Shown here: one piece after another, positions 1 to 8,419 of the stretch
Layout of the letters: every line of letters starts with the position of its first letter
Position numbering within the stretch: the stretch's first letter is position 1
Origin: a virus
IMG/VR virus record: IMGVR_UViG_3300035670_000059
Coordinates: 1 to 64,000 of that record
Length of the DNA: 64,000 nt
Strand: one strand, 5' to 3'
Notes under the pieces: generated by a model
What the model saw: the letters and a program-made list of their open reading frames with translations, nothing else
What the model was told of the DNA's origin: nothing
Database searches by the model: none
Translations under genes and position numbers: made by a program

Positions 1-75
1 GAGTATAATGAAAAATACCCTCAGTACCTAACACCTAATCACCCAGGCATGGTTAAATAATATAAATAATAAGTT

Positions 76-291
76 ATGAACAGTTACATGAAATTTAAAA
101 TCGAGAAAGAAACAAGGTGGGATGTCAGTAAAATGGATATCGTAACCAAGTATTTTATTTGGGCAGGTAGCCAATGTTTAGCCTTAGTTAATACTGAGGA
201 GGAAGCAAAAGCAAAGTTTAACCAAATCAAATCCTGTTATATCCAGGGTGAGACTGTAGTGATACTAGAAGAGGATATTGAGATAAAATAA
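76..291 (+). CDS. hypothetical protein (71 aa)
   Basis: ORF with AT-rich leader and phage-like composition. Confidence 0.7.
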   Translation: MNSYMKFKIEKETRWDVSKMDIVTKYFIWAGSQCLALVNTEEEAKAKFNQIKSCYIQGETVVILEEDIEIK

Positions 292-299
292 TATAAAAT

Positions 300-377
300 A
301 GTCAGGTGGCGGAATTGGTTGCCAAGATAGCGGACTCTAAGGAGCGTCTATCACAGGTTCGAGTCCTGTCCTGACTA
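300..377 (+). ncRNA. tRNA-like element, non-canonical anticodon/D region
   Basis: Acceptor stem AGTCAGG/CCTGACT, TGGCGGAATTGG D-loop start, T-arm ACAGG-TTCGAGT-CCTGT; no proper anticodon stem. Confidence 0.65.
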
Positions 378-611
378 CACATTCATAAACGCATCCAAGC
401 GGGCAGTAGGGGATGATGAATTAAAATAAATTGTATAAGAAGCCACAAACGGTCAACTCGAGATAAGGCCGGAGTAAGGTATGAAAGAATATCCGAAAAG
501 AGAATAAGGCACACAAGTCAATTCTTAATGGAGAATAACGAAGCCCTGCGATACTATGTAGATGCCTCCACGTGGCAGTATTGGATAACCAACTAAATCT
601 ACAAACTAAAT

Positions 612-758
612 AGTCAGGTGGCGGAATTGGGAGACGCATTGCCAAAGCAAGTGAGTAATTGACGAGTGGGAATGAACCTAAATCTCGTAATGGGATAACC
701 TGATGGGATTTCAGAGACTCGCCTTTCACAAATACAGGTTCGAATCCTGTCCTGACTA
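612..758 (+). ncRNA. tRNA-like element with ~95-nt structured insert replacing the anticodon/variable arms
   Basis: Same acceptor stem and T-stem as 300-377; D-arm GCG-GAATTGGGAGA-CGC; internal pairings GTGAGT/ACTCGC, ACGAG/CTCGT, CTGA/TCAG, TTGC/GCAA. Confidence 0.7.
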
Positions 759-778
759 CACATAACCATAATTTTTGA

Positions 779-1040
779 AACAACATGCATGTTGTTCTTA
801 AAATGGGGTACCCCGTAGGGGATACCCCTGCCTGTGTCCGTACGTGCGCGTATACGCCTTGGCCGGTATGCCGTATATATTACGTAGTTACGCCCATACG
901 CGTAGGTATCCATATATGCGTGGGTGCCGGAAAAAAAAGTGTAGATATACACACAGAGCTCTTAACCCTTTCCACCCCGACCAAGTATATACAAATATCT
1001 TATAGGATAAAAAATGGCCCCCATAAAGGGGGCCTTTTCC
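779..1040. repeat. GC/CpG-rich cluster of palindromes (candidate origin, packaging or terminus region)
   Basis: AACAACATGCATGTTGTT (779-796), GGGGTACCCC (805-814), AGGGG-ATA-CCCCT (817-829), GCGTATACGC (848-857), TACGCGTA (897-904), GGCCCCC-ATAAA-GGGGGCC (1016-1034). Confidence 0.6.
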
Positions 1041-1156
1041 CATTTTACCCATTTTGGAAAAAAAACATAAAGCGGCAACCTTCTTTTTTAAAAAACCTTT
1101 TTGGGTATGGAAAATATATATAAAAATAACCTATTGGTTATTCCAAAAAATTAAAA

Positions 1157-1552
1157 TCAGTACTCGTTACCAGAGGCAATACGTGTTACATATTTTTTAA
1201 TTCTATTCATATCATCAACTAAGCTACCAATAGCTTTAGCTTGTGTTTTTCTATCAAAATCTTGATTTGATCTTAAGGTTTCTATTATCTCACTCAATGT
1301 ACGTAAAATAGAGGGGATATCCACGTCTTTTTCAAAACCATTGTTTTTAAGAATAGTTCTCATTTGTTCAACCTCCACATATAGATCCAAGTATTTTTGA
1401 TCCAGTTGTTTAAAAGCAATTTCTAATTCTTTTAGAGATCTTTCCAAAATATCTTTCCCACCAAAGCTTTTTTCTGTTAATTTATTAATACCCAGGGTAA
1501 CCCCTATTCCCAATAAAATTCCTAACGTAAATACTAATACCAATGTTGCCAT
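1157..1552 (-). CDS. membrane-anchored coiled-coil hypothetical protein
   Basis: N-terminal hydrophobic helix then heptad-rich region. Confidence 0.75.
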   Translation of the reverse strand: MATLVLVFTLGILLGIGVTLGINKLTEKSFGGKDILERSLKELEIAFKQLDQKYLDLYVEVEQMRTILKNNGFEKDVDIPSILRTLSEIIETLRSNQDFDRKTQAKAIGSLVDDMNRIKKYVTRIASGNEY

Positions 1553-1558
1553 GTTTTT

Positions 1559-1861
1559 TTATTTAAATAATACCTTTTCAATTTCTTTTATATTGTTGGA
1601 TTGTATCCTTTTTTTCTCAACCCCATTCTCAAAATAAACCAAAGTAGGATAATATTCAATGTTGTAATAATCAGCTGTACCTTCAAATTTATTACCATCC
1701 AGAAACATAAATTCTACGTCTGTATGGACCTGTTCAAGTAATGGAACAACTACCTCAGTTACTGTTCTACATGCTGAGCATGTATAGGAACCAAATATAA
1801 CAACTGCCTTATCTACTTGTCGTGTGTAGTTTTGTAGTGGAAAACTTTTTACGTGTATCAT
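1559..1861 (-). CDS. thioredoxin-like protein
   Basis: CxxC (CSAC), YYPTLVYFENG cis-Pro motif, 100 aa. Confidence 0.85.
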   Translation of the reverse strand: MIHVKSFPLQNYTRQVDKAVVIFGSYTCSACRTVTEVVVPLLEQVHTDVEFMFLDGNKFEGTADYYNIEYYPTLVYFENGVEKKRIQSNNIKEIEKVLFK

Positions 1862-1882
1862 AAAATAAAATGTTTTTTATTC

Positions 1883-2029
1883 TTAAAAAACTAAAGCCCC
1901 AATTAATACCCCAATTGACATGGAACCTAGTACTAGCCTCATTCCATATCTTAAATCCTCGTCTTTAATTGTGTTTGGGATTGCCCACGTTGCCAACGTT
2001 GCCCAACCCATAATTAATAGTGTGTTCAT
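1883..2029 (-). CDS. small two-helix membrane protein (48 aa, not in ORF track)
   Basis: Reads MNTLLIMGWATLATWAIPNTIKDEDLRYGMRLVLGSMSIGVLIGALVF*; lies downstream of minus-strand promoter at 2059-2090. Confidence 0.65.
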   Translation of the reverse strand: MNTLLIMGWATLATWAIPNTIKDEDLRYGMRLVLGSMSIGVLIGALVF

Positions 2030-2058
2030 AACTGTTTTTATCTTATATGTTTTTTATT

Positions 2059-2090
2059 TAAATATAATAATGTTTTTTGTGGGTGGCAAG
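2059..2090 (-). promoter_or_regulatory. Bacteroidota-type promoter
   Basis: CTTG-N20-TATATTTA on minus strand. Confidence 0.7.
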
Positions 2091-2197
2091 TTATTTTTGA
2101 AAAAAATATGATAAGGTGTATATACGGATAAGAGGGGGTGGTGTGGTAAAGCTGGTATTGCTATTAAAAAAAACTTTTAAAAGTACTCCACAGGCAG

Positions 2198-2229
2198 CTT
2201 GGCTCCGCAGGAGGCCTGTCGTATATTTA
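2198..2229 (+). promoter_or_regulatory. Bacteroidota-type promoter
   Basis: CTTG-N20-TATATTTA upstream of DUF932 gene. Confidence 0.75.
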
Positions 2230-2272
2230 CGGTGTTGTTAATGGTTACAACAATAAAAAACAAATAAAAGTT

Positions 2273-3079
2273 ATGCTAAATCTACAAAATTCCGAGTTCA
2301 AAACTATTGAACAAATCAGATCAATTGCTCCTTCAATTTTCACAAATCATGGAGCTAAAGGTACTTCCGAAAAGTACTCTCACATTCCTACCGACCGAGT
2401 AATCCGAGATATGGAGCTTCTAGGATGGGGGGTTGCAGATGCTAAAGAAGTTAAAGCACGTAAAAATGCAGGTTACCAAAAACACTTAGTTGTATTCAGA
2501 AATCCTGATGTTGTTATCAATGGTGCTGATAATGATACCGTTTTTCCTCAAATTCTATTAACTAACTCACATGATGGTAAAAATAGCTTTGTTTTTACTG
2601 CTGGTTTGTTTAGAATGATTTGTGAAAATGGTTTGGTTATTTCAACTGAACAGTTTGATGAAATTAAGGTTCGTCATATGGGTTATGATTTTGATAAATT
2701 GCAAGATACAATCAAAAAATTGGTTGAAAATCTTCCTCTAACAGTAGAGGCAATGAATCAAATGGTTAATACCGAATTGGAACAAGATCAAATTGTATCC
2801 TTAGCTAAAGATTTGTTGGATCTAAGAGTTGAAAATAGCAAAAATACATACGATATTAATGCTATTGAAGCTATTTTAACTCCTCAAAGAAACCAGGATA
2901 TGGGTACTGATTTGTGGAAAGTGTTTAATCGAATTCAAGAAAATATTCTTGAAGGAAATTTCGATTATCAAACACTTAAAGGTAAATCTAGAAGTGCTAG
3001 AAAAATCAAGAATTTCCAACAAGATTTGGAGTTGAACAAAAAGATGTTTTCTAAGGCTTTAGAATACGCGGTATGTTAA
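2273..3079 (+). CDS. DUF932/DUF945-family protein
   Basis: LTNSHDGKNSF...GLFRMICENG and LWKVFNRIQEN motifs. Confidence 0.85.
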   Translation: MLNLQNSEFKTIEQIRSIAPSIFTNHGAKGTSEKYSHIPTDRVIRDMELLGWGVADAKEVKARKNAGYQKHLVVFRNPDVVINGADNDTVFPQILLTNSHDGKNSFVFTAGLFRMICENGLVISTEQFDEIKVRHMGYDFDKLQDTIKKLVENLPLTVEAMNQMVNTELEQDQIVSLAKDLLDLRVENSKNTYDINAIEAILTPQRNQDMGTDLWKVFNRIQENILEGNFDYQTLKGKSRSARKIKNFQQDLELNKKMFSKALEYAVC

Positions 3080-3732
3080 GAAAACTTATTTTGGCATTTT
3101 CATTAAGTCCCCTTCTAGCTTGTAGCTGGATGGGGATTGATGATAATATTGATGAAATTTATCCATGTTTGGATGGAAATTGTCATTCTTACTTTAAAAT
3201 TGATCCTTGGGTTTCTCCTAATGCTTATCAAGATAAAAATGAATATTGGCATGTAAAATATTGGGGTCCTAAGTATTTTACAATTACGGGAAAGTTGGAT
3301 GAATTGCACCCTAAATATGTAGTTAATGAGGTTCCATTAGTTGAAACAGCATTTGATAGCAATTATTGGGTTGCATTTGATGATTTAACATTTACTATAC
3401 CACTTTATTCACCCTTTGGGTTACAAACCCAAACAGGAACTAAGATTCCAGTAATAAACAAAACTCTTAATATTGGAGAAATTGCTAAATTAATGGAACC
3501 CCTTAATATTGCTGGTTATCAAATCACAAAAAATACCTGTTTTACTTGTCCATATTCCAATAGATTGTTTGCAACTTATAGTAATTATTCATATAATCCA
3601 AAACAACAAATTTATTTAGATGAGAGGATGGTTGGGGATACTTTAGAAGTTTATGTTAAAGTTACTTTCAATATTGATGCAGGTGTTAAAGAAGAAAATT
3701 TCCATATCCTTAAAGTTATTATTGATAAATAA
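3073..3732 (+). CDS. putative lipoprotein
   Basis: Signal peptide ending in LLAC lipobox. Confidence 0.7.
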   Translation: MLRKLILAFSLSPLLACSWMGIDDNIDEIYPCLDGNCHSYFKIDPWVSPNAYQDKNEYWHVKYWGPKYFTITGKLDELHPKYVVNEVPLVETAFDSNYWVAFDDLTFTIPLYSPFGLQTQTGTKIPVINKTLNIGEIAKLMEPLNIAGYQITKNTCFTCPYSNRLFATYSNYSYNPKQQIYLDERMVGDTLEVYVKVTFNIDAGVKEENFHILKVIIDK

Positions 3733-3738
3733 TATTCT

Positions 3739-4221
3739 ATGAAAAAAATTACTTTAGAACAAGCCGCAAAATACGTTCCTTTAGATGATGATATGGTAAA
3801 TAGGGAACTTCATAAGGCTTCTTATTATGCTTTAAGTCCTTATCCTGATCCTGAATTAGCTAGTAAAGGTTGGGAAAAGGTTACTTACTATTTACCCCGA
3901 AAAACTGATAGCTATATTGATAGAGGGGAAGGTAATCAATGGATTTATATCCTTTCTAATACTACTATCCCAAATGCTTTAAAAATAGGATACACTAATT
4001 TAACTCCAGAATTGAGAGCAAAACAAATATCATCTTCTACCGGAGTGGTAGTACCTTTTAAAGTAGAGTGGGCTTTTAGATGTTTTGATGGGAATTTAAT
4101 GGAGAGTGAAGTGCATGAAGCTTTAAAAGAATATAGAATCAGTAATCAAAGAGAATTCTTCCAAGTAGATTTGGAGGAAGCTAAAAATATTATTACATTA
4201 ATCGGGAAAAAATACACCTAA
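3739..4221 (+). CDS. T5orf172/MUG113 GIY-YIG domain protein
   Basis: WIYILSN...KIGYT...REFF motifs. Confidence 0.85.
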   Translation: MKKITLEQAAKYVPLDDDMVNRELHKASYYALSPYPDPELASKGWEKVTYYLPRKTDSYIDRGEGNQWIYILSNTTIPNALKIGYTNLTPELRAKQISSSTGVVVPFKVEWAFRCFDGNLMESEVHEALKEYRISNQREFFQVDLEEAKNIITLIGKKYT

Positions 4222-4256
4222 TAGTATTTATAATTGCAGATATGACAATTTTATAA

Positions 4257-4667
4257 ATGATCCCTAAGGATAATATATTTAGTTTGTTTCAAAATGAGGA
4301 TACTATAGAAGTTTATGAAAACTTTATGGATAATCCTTATGTTAAAATAGGGATGTTTAATAAAATCATTAGAAATAATACAGTATTTAATATAAAATTT
4401 AAAAAGTTTTTAGATAGTGTTGATCCAAATTATGATAAAGACTATATAGATTCTTCTTCTAAATTTATAACATTTAATAGAGCATTTTTTTATATTAAAG
4501 ATATTGATGTGAAGAATCCACAACATGTTGATGCGTTAAAATGTCATGATTTTGAAGGTCTAATATTAAATTTAAATTCTTCTATATCTTTTTTTGAAGA
4601 AAAAGAAGAATACGAAAAGTGCAGCCACTTATTTAAAATCAAAAAACTTATTGAAGAGTCTTTATAG
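4257..4667 (+). CDS. hypothetical protein with C-terminal UVR-like motif
   Basis: EEKEEYEKCSHL; TATTTATA at 4225. Confidence 0.7.
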   Translation: MIPKDNIFSLFQNEDTIEVYENFMDNPYVKIGMFNKIIRNNTVFNIKFKKFLDSVDPNYDKDYIDSSSKFITFNRAFFYIKDIDVKNPQHVDALKCHDFEGLILNLNSSISFFEEKEEYEKCSHLFKIKKLIEESL

Positions 4668-4671
4668 ACAA

Positions 4672-4703
4672 CTTGACTCCCCCATCTTTCTTAATTAACT
4701 TTA
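4672..4703 (+). promoter_or_regulatory. Bacteroidota-type promoter
   Basis: CTTG-N20-TAACTTTA. Confidence 0.65.
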
Positions 4704-4798
4704 TATCACGGGATTTAAAGAAATGAGAGAAAGGGAGGAGAATGAGAGGATAGGGAATGGAACCCGGGGGATAGGAAACATAAATAAATAAAATAAAA

Positions 4799-4996
4799 AT
4801 GAGAAATCGAAGCTTAATGCAAAAGAAAGTAGAATATCTTGAATCTACTTTAATCAATCTACAACGTATTGTTAAAACACAAGAACCAATAGAAGTTTAC
4901 ATCCAAAATATTGAAAAAGGATTGGAAGTAATAGAAGATATTAAAAGTATGATAGAGGCAGAACCTTTATCACCGGGTGAGGTAAATAAATTTTAA
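4799..4996 (+). CDS. hypothetical protein
   Basis: ORF in operon context. Confidence 0.7.
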   Translation: MRNRSLMQKKVEYLESTLINLQRIVKTQEPIEVYIQNIEKGLEVIEDIKSMIEAEPLSPGEVNKF

Positions 4997-5012
4997 ATTA
5001 ATATAAAGGGTT

Positions 5013-5798
5013 ATGAAACTAACAGCTGAACAGATCCAAGGTAATTGGAATGAATTTTTGAAGAATATTGATCTATATATTTCTTCTCCTAGAAAAGAAA
5101 AATTATTGGAATTCTATAAAAAATATGAGGATAGGTTAGTTTTAATGCCTGCTGCTCATAAAAAAGAATATCATAATGCATTTCCTGGGGGGTATGTAGA
5201 ACATGTTAATAGAGTAGTACAAGCTGCTATTAAGTTATATTCAGTATGGGAGGAATTTGATGCAGATATGTCAACTTTTACGGTAGAAGAATTGGTATTT
5301 TCCGCTATTAATCATGACCTCGGCAAAATGGGTGATGCGAATTATGAATCGTATATCCCCCAGACAGATCAATGGAGAAAAGATAAATTAGGAGAAGATT
5401 ACATGTTTAATAACCAACTCCCATTTTCTTCCGTTCCAGATAGGGGATTATTCCTACTCCAGTCTCATGGTATTCAGTATACTTTCAATGAGATGGTGGC
5501 TATTCAGACACATGACGGGTTGTATGATGAGGGAAATAAAAAGTACTTATTGAACTTCATGCCAGAACAAAAACCTAGAACTTGTCTACCATATATTTTA
5601 CACCAGGCAGACTTATTGGCTGCAAGAGTGGAATTTGAAAAAGAATGGTTGCCTAAATTTAAAGAGAAAAAACAAGATAGTTTGGAGGAGCCAAAAAAGA
5701 GTTTTACATTGAATAATAAAACTAAAACTAATGTAAAAACCAAAGCTCTAGGTAGTTTATCTAGCGTGGGTTTAAAAAATATGTTAGACGATTTGTAA
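5013..5798 (+). CDS. HD-domain phosphohydrolase (YhaM-like)
   Basis: PAA..YHNAFPGGYVEH, HDLGK, HDG, LHQAD motifs. Confidence 0.85.
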   Translation: MKLTAEQIQGNWNEFLKNIDLYISSPRKEKLLEFYKKYEDRLVLMPAAHKKEYHNAFPGGYVEHVNRVVQAAIKLYSVWEEFDADMSTFTVEELVFSAINHDLGKMGDANYESYIPQTDQWRKDKLGEDYMFNNQLPFSSVPDRGLFLLQSHGIQYTFNEMVAIQTHDGLYDEGNKKYLLNFMPEQKPRTCLPYILHQADLLAARVEFEKEWLPKFKEKKQDSLEEPKKSFTLNNKTKTNVKTKALGSLSSVGLKNMLDDL

Positions 5799-5799
5799 T

Positions 5800-6066
5800 A
5801 TGATAGAAACTATAATAATTTTAGGAATAATGGTCGTGATCTTAGGATACACGACCATCAACCTTCTAATCAAAAACGAAAAAGCCGAAGATATAATTGT
5901 CTCTCAACAAAACTATATCTCATCAATTTCAGAAATAATTAAAAATTCTGAAAAGAAAATAAAGGAAATAGACGAAAAAGAAATTTTTAAATCTGATGAC
6001 GAAATTGGTTGGTTTTTCAACGAACTTAAAAAAATTCAAAATATCCTCTCTCAGTACAAAAACTAA
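5800..6066 (+). CDS. membrane-anchored hypothetical protein
   Basis: N-terminal TM helix. Confidence 0.7.
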   Translation: MIETIIILGIMVVILGYTTINLLIKNEKAEDIIVSQQNYISSISEIIKNSEKKIKEIDEKEIFKSDDEIGWFFNELKKIQNILSQYKN

Positions 6067-6072
6067 ACTTTT

Positions 6073-6774
6073 ATGATAAAAAAACGAAATAAAAAAAGTA
6101 AGAATTATTTTACCCAAGAAACCGAAGATTATATTGTATTATATAATAATTCAAAGGATTTTGAGGAAAGAAGTAGGATATATGAGAGACATATCCACTA
6201 CGCCTTTTTTAAATTAACTCAAAACATAATTCATACTTTTAAATTTTATCATACCGAAGTAGAGGAATTAGAACACCTACAACATGAAATAATCACTTTT
6301 CTTTTATCTAAAATTCATTTATTTGATCCATCCAGAGGAGCTAAAGCATATTCTTATTTTGGAACTATAGTCAAAAGATGGCTTATATTATATAATACCA
6401 AAAATTATAATAAAAAAGTAAATAAAACGGAAATTGGCGAATTAGACAAAGAAGGTACTACACATTTTTATACTTTAGAAGATAATTCTAAAAACGAACT
6501 AGATAAGTATTTAGATTTATATGTTGAACATTGCACTAAAAATATATTTGAATTATTTCCTAAAAAGAATGATGCCCAAGTAGCAGATGCAATACTTGAA
6601 ATTTTTAGAAACAGAGAAAATTTAGAGATTTTTAATAAAAAAGCTCTTTACATTTACATCAGAGAAATAATAGATGTAAAAACTCCTAAAATAACTAAAA
6701 TATCTAATCAATTATACGATATTTTTAAAACCAATTATGTTTTTTATCTTGAAAACGGATACGCTAAATTTTAA
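6073..6774 (+). CDS. phage RNA polymerase sigma factor (T4 gp55-like late sigma)
   Basis: KNYFT N-terminus and sigma region 2-like FDPSRGAKAYSYFGTIVK. Confidence 0.7.
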   Translation: MIKKRNKKSKNYFTQETEDYIVLYNNSKDFEERSRIYERHIHYAFFKLTQNIIHTFKFYHTEVEELEHLQHEIITFLLSKIHLFDPSRGAKAYSYFGTIVKRWLILYNTKNYNKKVNKTEIGELDKEGTTHFYTLEDNSKNELDKYLDLYVEHCTKNIFELFPKKNDAQVADAILEIFRNRENLEIFNKKALYIYIREIIDVKTPKITKISNQLYDIFKTNYVFYLENGYAKF

Positions 6775-6790
6775 GTTTTTTTTATATCTA

Positions 6791-6798
6791 TATTTATA
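6791..6798 (+). promoter_or_regulatory. late promoter TATTTATA (representative; further copies listed under findings)
   Basis: Octamer recurs just upstream of structural gene starts across the window. Confidence 0.75.
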
Positions 6799-6807
6799 AC
6801 AAAAATT

Positions 6808-7152
6808 ATGGGATCTTTAGATAACGTAGTATTTGGTAAAAAGAAATTTTCGGATATTTTAAGTGAAATATACGATAACCAAAAACGCAAAGAAAAACAA
6901 ATATCAGGATTAATTGCTGAATTAAAACCTCTTATTAGTGATATAGGAGATGCTACCTTAATTGTCCCACTCATTAAAGAATATTTAGAAATTGGCGTTA
7001 AAAACGACGAACAATTAATTAAAATGGCCACTATCATACAGCGTGCGATGAATAATAGCAGTGGTGAAGAATCGCTGGGGATTACCGAAGAGGAAAAACA
7101 ACAATTAATGGAAGAATTAGAAAAAATTAATTCTGATAAGGATAAAAAATGA
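6808..7152 (+). CDS. hypothetical helical late protein (terminase small subunit is one candidate)
   Basis: Late promoter; size and helical character only. Confidence 0.6.
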   Translation: MGSLDNVVFGKKKFSDILSEIYDNQKRKEKQISGLIAELKPLISDIGDATLIVPLIKEYLEIGVKNDEQLIKMATIIQRAMNNSSGEESLGITEEEKQQLMEELEKINSDKDKK

Positions 7153-8417
7153 TAGGTAGTAAATTTGGATTTGCAGGACAAAACCAACCTTATTCTCCAG
7201 ATTCTTCTTTAGCTAACATAAACCGAAGAATTGAGAATTTAGCTAACAAATTAATTCCTGCTAGAGTAATTGATGTTATTTTAGATGAAACTCATCCTGA
7301 TTTTGTAAATTTAGGAGAATGGAATAGTATTGGTGTTATAAAATATGAATTAATTAATTCTCTTGAAGGAGAACAAACTGTTAGAAAAATAGCTAAGCCC
7401 CTCTTAGCAAATATTAAAACTTTTCCTCTAAAAAATGAAATTGTATTTTTAATAAGACTTCCTGATACTGATTCTCTTAATAATTTAACTGATAATGAAA
7501 CTTACTATTATCTGACATTAATATCAATGTGGAATCATCCCCACCATAATGCATTCCCCAACCCATTAAATAATAGTACCATATCAGAATCCCAGAAAAA
7601 AGATTATAAATCTATAGAGGAAGGAAATATACGAAGAGTAACAGATAATTCTACAGAAATAAATTTAAACTCAACAAATAATAGCGGGGGAAAATTTGTT
7701 GAAAAAATTAATATACATCCTATTTTACCCTTTACAGGGGATAATATATTTGAAGGAAGATTTGGAAATAGTATCAGATTAGGCAGTACTGTTAAATCCA
7801 AAAGTCAATATCAAAATAATTGGTCCACTTCAGGAAATGAAGGTGATCCCATTATTGTAATAAGAAATGGCCAACCTTCTAATTCTTCAGATGAAGGATG
7901 GTTACCTATAGTAGAAAATATAAATAATGATTTATCTTCTATTTATATTACCTCTACTCAAAAACTTCCAATAAATGTACCAAGTACAAATTATACAGGA
8001 ATACGAAGCGAATATATACCAATATTTCCCCAATCTTATAATTTACCCCAAGTAATATTAAATTCTGGTAGATTATTATTAAATTCCACAACTGATAGTA
8101 TTTTACTATCTTCTAAAAAAGTTATAGCATTATCTGCTATTGAAGATATTGGGTTAAGTTCTAGAGGGAATATAAGTCTATCAACTAAAGGTGTAAGATT
8201 AGGTGGAGCTGAAGCTAATGAATCTTTAATAATGGGGGATAGTTTTATAACTCAATTTAATATATTATTAGATTCTTTATCTCTTTTATGTGAAGCTTTA
8301 ACTACTGAACCTGTTTTAAAAAGTACCCCATTAATAGCTGTAGGACTTAGTAATACAATTAAAGCTATTAAAAATGTATCTAATTCTTTTACTTCCAAAA
8401 TTTCTAAAACATTATAA
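7149..8417 (+). CDS. baseplate spike/hub protein (gp5/gpV-like)
   Basis: N-terminal OB-like region (PLKNEIV), EGRFGNSIRLGS, C-terminal beta-repeats; upstream of gp25 and gp6 genes. Confidence 0.65.
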   Translation: MIGSKFGFAGQNQPYSPDSSLANINRRIENLANKLIPARVIDVILDETHPDFVNLGEWNSIGVIKYELINSLEGEQTVRKIAKPLLANIKTFPLKNEIVFLIRLPDTDSLNNLTDNETYYYLTLISMWNHPHHNAFPNPLNNSTISESQKKDYKSIEEGNIRRVTDNSTEINLNSTNNSGGKFVEKINIHPILPFTGDNIFEGRFGNSIRLGSTVKSKSQYQNNWSTSGNEGDPIIVIRNGQPSNSSDEGWLPIVENINNDLSSIYITSTQKLPINVPSTNYTGIRSEYIPIFPQSYNLPQVILNSGRLLLNSTTDSILLSSKKVIALSAIEDIGLSSRGNISLSTKGVRLGGAEANESLIMGDSFITQFNILLDSLSLLCEALTTEPVLKSTPLIAVGLSNTIKAIKNVSNSFTSKISKTL

Positions 8418-8419
8418 AA

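Noticed and set aside
330-346. CTCTAAG could be an amber (CUA) suppressor anticodon loop implying TAG recoding
   Set aside because: Flanking bases do not form an anticodon stem, and genes read intact in the standard code with TAG used as a stop (e.g. 31673, 37914, 41190).
421-1123. ORFs 421-786(-), 614-952(-) and 785-1123(+)
   Set aside because: They overlap the tRNA-like element and palindrome island and have atypical composition; likely spurious.
2201-2216. CTCC-GCA-GGAG hairpin as an N4-type virion RNAP promoter
   Set aside because: Single occurrence, lying within the spacer of a conventional host-type promoter.
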